Of a stretch of 64,000 nucleotides of DNA, positions 58,140 to 64,000 are shown one piece after another (position 1 is the first letter of the stretch; the number at the start of each line of letters is the position of its first letter). Below the pieces are notes generated by a model. It had not been told where the DNA came from, searched no databases, and saw only the letters and a program-made list of their open reading frames with translations. A program made the translations under genes and the position numbers. This DNA is from Nitriliruptorales bacterium (GTDB taxonomy: Bacteria; Actinomycetota; Nitriliruptoria; Nitriliruptorales; Nitriliruptoraceae), in NCBI GenBank assembly GCA_024637135.1, contig JAGXFT010000018.1:1208-65207 (forward strand), in the 5' to 3' direction.

Positions 58140-58595
58140 CTACCAGGGCAGCACGATCCGGCCCTCGAAGACGTCGCCGAAGGGAATCTCGCGCTCGTCC
58201 TTGCCGACCTGCAGGGTCAGCCGCTCGGCATCCACGGCGACGATCGTGCCGGTGGTCTGGGTGTCGGTGTCGCCCTTGGCGTGGCGGACCTCGACCTCAC
58301 GACCGACGTTGCGGTCGAACTGCGTCACGGTGGTCAGCGGTCGGTCCACGCCGGGCGAGGTCACCTCGAGCGTGTACGAGCCGTCGACGACGTCGTCGGC
58401 GATCGGGCCCACCGCGTGCGAGATGCTGGCGATGGTGTCGATGCCGACGCCGTCGGGCGCATCGGCCACCAGCCGGACCACGCGCTTGTTGCGCGGGCCC
58501 GTCACCTCGACCTCGAGGAGCTCGACGCCGTGGCTGGCGACGACGTCGCTGATCGCGGCTCGCAGGGCGGACGCGGGCGTGCTGTCGGCGGCCAT
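58140..58595 (-). CDS. rimP: Ribosome maturation factor RimP
   Basis: YTLEVTSPGVDRPL motif, upstream of nusA. Confidence 0.93.
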   Translation of the reverse strand: MAADSTPASALRAAISDVVASHGVELLEVEVTGPRNKRVVRLVADAPDGVGIDTIASISHAVGPIADDVVDGSYTLEVTSPGVDRPLTTVTQFDRNVGREVEVRHAKGDTDTQTTGTIVAVDAERLTLQVGKDEREIPFGDVFEGRIVLPW

Positions 58596-58680
58596 GGGGT
58601 GCTCCCTTCGGTGCTCGGTGGCGGTGCGGTCGGGCCGTGGTCGGGCTGTGTGGTCGGCCCATGTGGTCGGGGGAACGACG

Positions 58681-58810
58681 GACGGTCGGCCCCGGAAGGC
58701 CGACCGCACGCGAATGCTGTCTGGTTGTCGTCGCCGTCCCGCCGACGACGGGGTGGCGACGTGCCTGCAGGACGGTTCGAGCAAGCTCGAACCGTCGACA
58801 CGCGACCGTA
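58681..58810 (-). promoter_or_regulatory. Structured rimP leader with putative -10 (TACGGT, 58810-58805)
   Basis: Perfect 12-bp inverted repeat 58771-58796 and GC hairpin GGTCGGCC/GGCCGACC near 58684-58705. Confidence 0.45.
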
Positions 58811-58897
58811 TCAGAGGTGGTGGGACCCCGCAGTGGTGACCCCGTCCGCCCGTCGGACCATCTGGAGACCGGCTCCGTGGACCCCGTCCCGGCGCGT

Positions 58898-59992
58898 TCA
58901 GGCGGGTCGGCGCACGTGGGCCAGGGCGCGGCCGTCGTCGTCGTCGAAGACGTGGAATGCCGCTGCCCGGAACCCGACCTCGTCGCCCTCCCGGGGCCAC
59001 GAGGTCGTGGCGACCGCCTCGATCGAGACCTGCCGTGCGCCGTCGCGAGCGGTCGCGTACACGATGGCCTCGCTGCCAAGGGGCGCGACCCGGTCGACCG
59101 TGCCACGCAACTCGCCGTCCGCGGGTGCCACCACCGACAACTCCTCCGGACGGATCCCGACCTGCACCGACGTGCGGGCCGCGATGTCGGGTTGCCACGT
59201 GCGCAGGCTTCCGGCCGGGGTGGCCAACCGAACGCGCTCGCCCGGGATCGCCGCGACCCGGGCGGGCAGGCGCACCAACGACCACGCGCCGACCAGGTCG
59301 GCCACGCCCATGGTCGCGGGTTCGGCCCACAGCACCTGGAACGGCGCGCACTGCACGATCCTGCCCCGCTCGATGACGGCGGTGCGGTCCCCCAGCGTCG
59401 CGGCCACCCGACGGTCGTTGGTCGCCACGAGCATCGTGCAGCCGTACCCACGACGGACCTCGTCGACCTGGCGCAGGACCTGTTCGCGGTTGACGGCATC
59501 CACCTGGGCCACGGGTTCGTCGAGCAGCAGCACGCTGGGCGATCGGACCATGGACTGCGCCGTGGCGGCCATGTGCCGTTCGCCCGACGACAGCGTGCGG
59601 GGCTTGCGGCCGGCGATCGCCCGCAACGCGAAGGCACGCAGTTCCGCGCCGATGCGGCGGTCCCGTTCCTCTCGGGGGGTCCTGCGCAGGCGCAGCGGGA
59701 ACTCCATGTTCCCGACCACGCTCAGGTGCGGCAGCATCCACGCCCCCTGGAAGACCATGGAGAGGTTCCGGTCACGGGTCGGCACGCCACTGACGTCCTT
59801 GCCGTCGAGCAGGATGCGGCCGCCGACCAGGTCCTCCAGGCCGGCGATCGCCTTCAGCAGGGTCGACTTGCCGGAGCCCGACGAGCCCAGCAGCGCAATC
59901 GCCTCGCCGTCGGCGACGCGCAGGTCGATGCCGGTGAGCACGGGTTGCGCCCCGCGCTCCACCACGACGTCGTCGAGCAGGATGGAGGCCAT
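58898..59992 (-). CDS. MalK-type ABC ATPase with TOBE domain, degenerate motifs, orphan
   Basis: GSSGSGKST, LSSGERH signature, LLLDEP, switch ATND instead of VTHD, GIRPE. Confidence 0.8.
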   Translation of the reverse strand: MASILLDDVVVERGAQPVLTGIDLRVADGEAIALLGSSGSGKSTLLKAIAGLEDLVGGRILLDGKDVSGVPTRDRNLSMVFQGAWMLPHLSVVGNMEFPLRLRRTPREERDRRIGAELRAFALRAIAGRKPRTLSSGERHMAATAQSMVRSPSVLLLDEPVAQVDAVNREQVLRQVDEVRRGYGCTMLVATNDRRVAATLGDRTAVIERGRIVQCAPFQVLWAEPATMGVADLVGAWSLVRLPARVAAIPGERVRLATPAGSLRTWQPDIAARTSVQVGIRPEELSVVAPADGELRGTVDRVAPLGSEAIVYATARDGARQVSIEAVATTSWPREGDEVGFRAAAFHVFDDDDGRALAHVRRPA

Positions 59993-60131
59993 GCCTCAGT
60001 GTGTCGCCCCGATGACCACCCTGCAGCACTGATTCGGCCCGAATCAAGGTCGAACGGCGGTGAAGACCGACCAATCCAAGCACCGACCCGCAGCGTCACC
60101 CGTGGTCCGCGCCCGGCGCTGGCCACGGGCC

Positions 60132-60257
60132 GGCTGGATGTTGTGAGCGAAGCGAGCAACTCCAACCTGACGCGAAGCGTCAGGCGACGAACCCGCCGGG
60201 CTGGATGTTGTGAGCGAAGCGAGCAACTCCAACCTGACGCGAAGCGTCAGGCGACGA
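60132..60257 (+). repeat. Dispersed GA-hairpin repeat, copy C: perfect 59-bp tandem duplication (60132-60190, 60199-60257)
   Basis: GGCTGGATGTTGTGAGCGAAGCGAGCAACTCCAACCTGACGCGAAGCGTCAGGCGACGA x2. Confidence 0.92.
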
Positions 60258-61407
60258 CAGGGACTCCGTCGCCGCGCTCGGCACGGATCTCCTCGGCCAT
60301 CTCCTCGGCGAACCACACGATGGTCTCGACGATGTCCTCCTCGGTCACCGTCGCAATCGTCTGGCCCTTCTTGATGATCTGGCCCTTGCCGTTCCCGGCG
60401 GCGACGCCAAGGTCCGCCTCGCGGGCTTCGCCCGGACCGTTGACGACGCACCCCATCACCGCGACTCGCAAGGGCACGTCGATCTTGCCGTCCAGGCCCT
60501 TCTGCACGTCCTCGGCAAGCTTCCACACGTCGACCTGGGCGCGGCCACAGGACGGACAGGACACGACGTCGAGGCCGCGTTCGCGCAGGTGCAGTGCCTC
60601 CAGCATCATGAACCCGGCCTTGACCTCCTCGACAGGGTCGGCGCTCAGCGACACGCGGATGGTGTCGCCGATGCCCTCGGCCAGCAGGGTGCCGATGCCG
60701 ATCGCGGACTTGACCGACCCCGAGTACTTCGGGCCGGCCTCGGTGACCCCGAGGTGCAGCGGGTAGTCACAGCGCTGGGCCAGCAGTCGGTAGGTCTGGA
60801 TCATCACCCACGGGTCGGAGTGCTTCACGGAGATCTTGGTGTTGTAGAAGTCGACGTCCTCCAGCAGCCGGACCTCGCGCAACGCCGACTCGACCATGGC
60901 CTCCGGGGTCGGGCCGCCGTACGTGGCCAACACGTCGTCTTCCAGCGAGCCACCGTTGACGCCGATGCGGATGGCGATGCCACGTTCGCCGGCCATGTCC
61001 CCGATGAGCTTGACCTTGTCATGCTTCTTGATGTTGCCGGGGTTGATGCGCACGCCCGCGCATCCGGCCTCGATGGCCGCGACGGCGTACTTCCACTGGA
61101 AGTGGATGTCGGCGATGACCGGCACCTGGCTGTGGGCGGCGACGTCGGCCAGTGCGTCGGCGTCCTGCTGACGCGGGACGGCGACCCGGACCAGGTCGAC
61201 CCCGGCGGCCTGGACCATCGCGATGGCCTGCAGGGTGCGGTCGACCTCGTGGGTCGGGGTGACGGTCATCGTCTGCACGCTGATCGGCGACTCCGAGCCC
61301 ACGCCGACCGGCCCCACCGTGACCTGTCGGGTGGGACGACGCTCCGGACCACCGGAATCGATGGTGGCATCAGGGTCGACGGTGAGGATGGGCAGGGACT
61401 GGACCAT
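60247..61407 (-). CDS. ispG: 4-hydroxy-3-methylbut-2-en-1-yl diphosphate synthase
   Basis: [53 protein letters not shown]. Confidence 0.97.
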   Translation of the reverse strand: MVQSLPILTVDPDATIDSGGPERRPTRQVTVGPVGVGSESPISVQTMTVTPTHEVDRTLQAIAMVQAAGVDLVRVAVPRQQDADALADVAAHSQVPVIADIHFQWKYAVAAIEAGCAGVRINPGNIKKHDKVKLIGDMAGERGIAIRIGVNGGSLEDDVLATYGGPTPEAMVESALREVRLLEDVDFYNTKISVKHSDPWVMIQTYRLLAQRCDYPLHLGVTEAGPKYSGSVKSAIGIGTLLAEGIGDTIRVSLSADPVEEVKAGFMMLEALHLRERGLDVVSCPSCGRAQVDVWKLAEDVQKGLDGKIDVPLRVAVMGCVVNGPGEAREADLGVAAGNGKGQIIKKGQTIATVTEEDIVETIVWFAEEMAEEIRAERGDGVPVVA

Positions 61408-61612
61408 GCGAAACGTCCTTGGTTCGTGGCTTCCAACGGTACCTCCGCCGCCCACCCGGACCGTCGTCCCCGGGTGGTCCGACGACCCGCTGGAAGGGAA
61501 TTTTCGCTGCCTCCGACGGCATCTCCGCCCGGCTCGACCCCCACCCGACAGGTGGTGTGATCCTGAGGTGGCTGCGTGCACGGGACCCGCAGACGACACC
61601 CGAGCGGGCGGA

Positions 61613-63259
61613 TCAGGGGAGGCGAAGCGGCGTGGCGGCGGAGGGGTGGACGGCGGCGAGGCCGTCCCGGAGGACCGCCAGCGCGTCCGCGACCTCGCCG
61701 ATCTCACGCAGGGTGCCGTCGTGGTCCAGGTGCCAGAAGCGGGCCAGGGACCCCAGGTGGGCGCGGTCGTGCGACACGGTCACGACCGCCCCGTCGAAGC
61801 CCTCCAACGCCTGTTCCAACGCCATGGCGGAGTCGATGTCGAGGTTGTCGGTCGGCTCGTCGAGCAGCAGCAGGTTCACGCCGCCGAGTTCCAGCAGGAG
61901 GATGGCGAGCCGAGCCTTCTGGCCACCGGACAACGTCTCGTAGTCCTGTCGCGCGGTCCCGACCAGCCCGTAGCGCGCCAGGGCGTTCATGGTCCGCTCG
62001 GTGTTGCCGGTCACGTCGTCGACGATGTCGAACGGCTGGCGCCCGACCAGGTCGGGCTGTTCGTTGATCTGGGTGAAGTAGCCGGGACGCACGGCCGTGC
62101 CCAGTTCGACGCGACCGTCATGGTCGGGGAGGTCGTCGGCCAACACCCGGATGAGGTGGGTCTTGCCGGTGCCGTTGGGCCCGATCAGGCCGATCCGGTC
62201 CCCCACTCGGACGTCGGCCGAGAACGGCTCGACCAGACCGTCAACGGCGATGTCGACCAGCTTGAGCATCCGACGGCCGGTCGTGCCACCCCGCAGTCGC
62301 ACACGCACGTGCTCGTCCTTCACGGGTGCGGGCGGCGGGCCCTTGTCGACCCACTGGCGCCAGCGCGTCTCGGCGGCGTCGGCCTTGGGGGCGAAGTTGT
62401 CGTAGTAGCGCGCCCGTTCCTTCAACAACTTGTAGTAGCGGTACAGGCGACGTTCCTCGTCCTGCCAGCGCTTGAGGGCGTCGCCCAGCCGTTCCTGGCG
62501 CTCGGCGCGCGCCTCTTCGTAGGTGTCGAACGCGCCGTGGTGGATCCACGCGCCGCCCGCCTCCAGCGTCACCAGCCGGACCGGGGCGGCCGACAGCAGG
62601 CCGCGGTCGTGGCTGATCAACAGGATCGTCTGGGGCGACGCCGCGAGGTCGCGTTCCAGCGCCAGCTTGCCCGGGACGTCGAGGTAGTTGTCCGGCTCGT
62701 CCAGCAGCAGGGTGTCCACCCCGGGTGCCCCGACCAGCGTCGCCAGGACCAGTCCCTTGCGTTCCCCGCCGGACAGGGTGGTGGCGTCACGGTGAGCGAC
62801 GTCGTCGAAGCCCAGTCCGAGCACCCGGCGACAGGCCGCGTCCCAGCGCGCCTCCAGCTCGTAGCCGCCGAGGTCGCCCCAGCGCCCGAGGTGCTCGGCC
62901 AGCGCGATGCCGGCCAAGTCGTCGCCACCCGCCAGCCGATCCTCGGCGTCACAGAGGTCGGCGTTGATCCGGTCCAGTGGGTCGGGTGCGAAGCGTCCCA
63001 GCAGGCGACGCACGTCGCGTGCGGTGGCCTCGGGTCCGAAACCGACCTCCTGGGGCATGTAGCGCACCGACCCCGGTGCCGCGACGGTGCCGTCGTCGGG
63101 TACCAACTCCCCGGCCAGCAGCCGCACCAGCGTGGTCTTGCCGACCCCGTTGGTGCCGATCAGCCCGGCCGTGACCCCGGTGGGAACCCGGAAGGACACG
63201 TCGGAGAAGCCCCCGACGTCGCCGGGATGGGTGAAGGCGAGATCCGTGACCGCGAGCAT
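61613..63259 (-). CDS. ABC-F family ribosome-associated ATPase
   Basis: Two NBDs ([20 protein letters not shown]; [19 protein letters not shown]), helical linker, no TM segments; TAGGCT -10 six nt before ATG. Confidence 0.9.
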   Translation of the reverse strand: MLAVTDLAFTHPGDVGGFSDVSFRVPTGVTAGLIGTNGVGKTTLVRLLAGELVPDDGTVAAPGSVRYMPQEVGFGPEATARDVRRLLGRFAPDPLDRINADLCDAEDRLAGGDDLAGIALAEHLGRWGDLGGYELEARWDAACRRVLGLGFDDVAHRDATTLSGGERKGLVLATLVGAPGVDTLLLDEPDNYLDVPGKLALERDLAASPQTILLISHDRGLLSAAPVRLVTLEAGGAWIHHGAFDTYEEARAERQERLGDALKRWQDEERRLYRYYKLLKERARYYDNFAPKADAAETRWRQWVDKGPPPAPVKDEHVRVRLRGGTTGRRMLKLVDIAVDGLVEPFSADVRVGDRIGLIGPNGTGKTHLIRVLADDLPDHDGRVELGTAVRPGYFTQINEQPDLVGRQPFDIVDDVTGNTERTMNALARYGLVGTARQDYETLSGGQKARLAILLLELGGVNLLLLDEPTDNLDIDSAMALEQALEGFDGAVVTVSHDRAHLGSLARFWHLDHDGTLREIGEVADALAVLRDGLAAVHPSAATPLRLP

Positions 63260-63294
63260 CGTCACAGCCTACGCCAGCGACCCCCAAGACCGGT

Positions 63295-64000
63295 TCACGG
63301 CAGTTGGATGGGATTCACGATGTCGAGCCAGATCAGGCCGAGGCCGACCGTGCCCAGCACCAGCAGCACCGGGAGCGCCACCGCGGCCACGGTCCGTGGA
63401 TCCACCGTGAAGTCGGTGGGGCGGCCCAGCAGGGATCGCACGCGGTTGGTGACGACCTCGATGCCAAGCACGGCCAGGTGCCCGCCGTCCAGCGGTGGCA
63501 GCGGCAACAGGTTGAGCACGCCGATGAACACGTTGACGCTGACGACCATCAGGATCAGGAACATGATCCCGACGGACGCAACCCCCTGGCCGGTCATGGC
63601 CGCACCCCCGACCATCGAGATGCCACCCTCCATCGAACGTTGCTCGTTGCCGGAGATCTGGCCGAACAGTTGGCCGATGCCCTCGGGTCCGAAGACGTCA
63701 CCGATGGCCGACAGGCTCAGCCCGACCTGCGCCGGGACCGACCGCGGCCCGACGAAGGTCTCCCAGGCCGCATCACCGACCCCCAGTCGTTCTCGTCGTT
63801 CCATCGGGATGAAGCCAAGTTGCCCGACGGAGTCGCCGGTCTCGGGATCGGTGCCGGCGGTGGGCGTGCCCTCGAGGTCGATGACCTGGCCGTCGCGCCG
63901 GACCGTGATGGTGACCGGGGTGCCGAGGTTGGCGCGGATGGTGTCCCGCAGCACCAGGAAGTTGTCGGAGGTGACCCCGTCGATCGCCACCACGCGGTCG
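63295..64000 (-). CDS. rseP: M50 intramembrane metalloprotease RseP (PDZ); 5'-truncated by window edge
   Basis: PDZ segment and NLLPLPPLDGGH motif; upstream of ispG. Confidence 0.88.
   Translation of the reverse strand, partial: DRVVAIDGVTSDNFLVLRDTIRANLGTPVTITVRRDGQVIDLEGTPTAGTDPETGDSVGQLGFIPMERRERLGVGDAAWETFVGPRSVPAQVGLSLSAIGDVFGPEGIGQLFGQISGNEQRSMEGGISMVGGAAMTGQGVASVGIMFLILMVVSVNVFIGVLNLLPLPPLDGGHLAVLGIEVVTNRVRSLLGRPTDFTVDPRTVAAVALPVLLVLGTVGLGLIWLDIVNPIQLP

Noticed and set aside
61613-63259. Antibiotic-resistance (ARE) ABC-F
   Set aside because: No attenuator leader (appears leaderless) and core-genome position; the subfamily cannot be assigned by eye.

Overview
High-GC actinobacterial chromosomal segment, mostly core genome. 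The gene content and acidic proteins suggest a halotolerant lineage such as Nitriliruptoria (inference). Minus-strand core clusters are prfB-ftsE-ftsX-M23-smpB-ssrA and rseP-ABC-F-ispG...rimP-nusA-ylxR-infB...DUF503...rbfA-truB-ribF...rpsO-pnp-dapB. They are interspersed with metabolic, transport and osmoadaptation genes: ectoine-hydrolase-like peptidase, Opu-type ABC importer, MscL, CPA1 antiporter and cardiolipin synthase. No integrase, transposase, prophage or CRISPR array was seen. The standout is an 812-aa cytoplasmic protein (37623-40061, minus) built from about 14 tandem 35-aa pentatricopeptide (PPR)-like repeats, a family essentially confined to eukaryotic organellar RNA metabolism. 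It lies just downstream of pnp-dapB, and that PNPase carries an unusual acidic plus Arg-Ser-repeat tail. Other notable non-coding signals: a 167-nt rod-shaped, G.U-rich candidate ncRNA (25882-26048, 6S-like geometry), a candidate nhaA-I (Li+/Na+) riboswitch before the antiporter, a dispersed family of GA-GC-loop-GC-GA hairpin repeats, a perfect LexA box in the alkB-like promoter, and several leaderless genes. All calls were made by eye from motifs; no searches were run.
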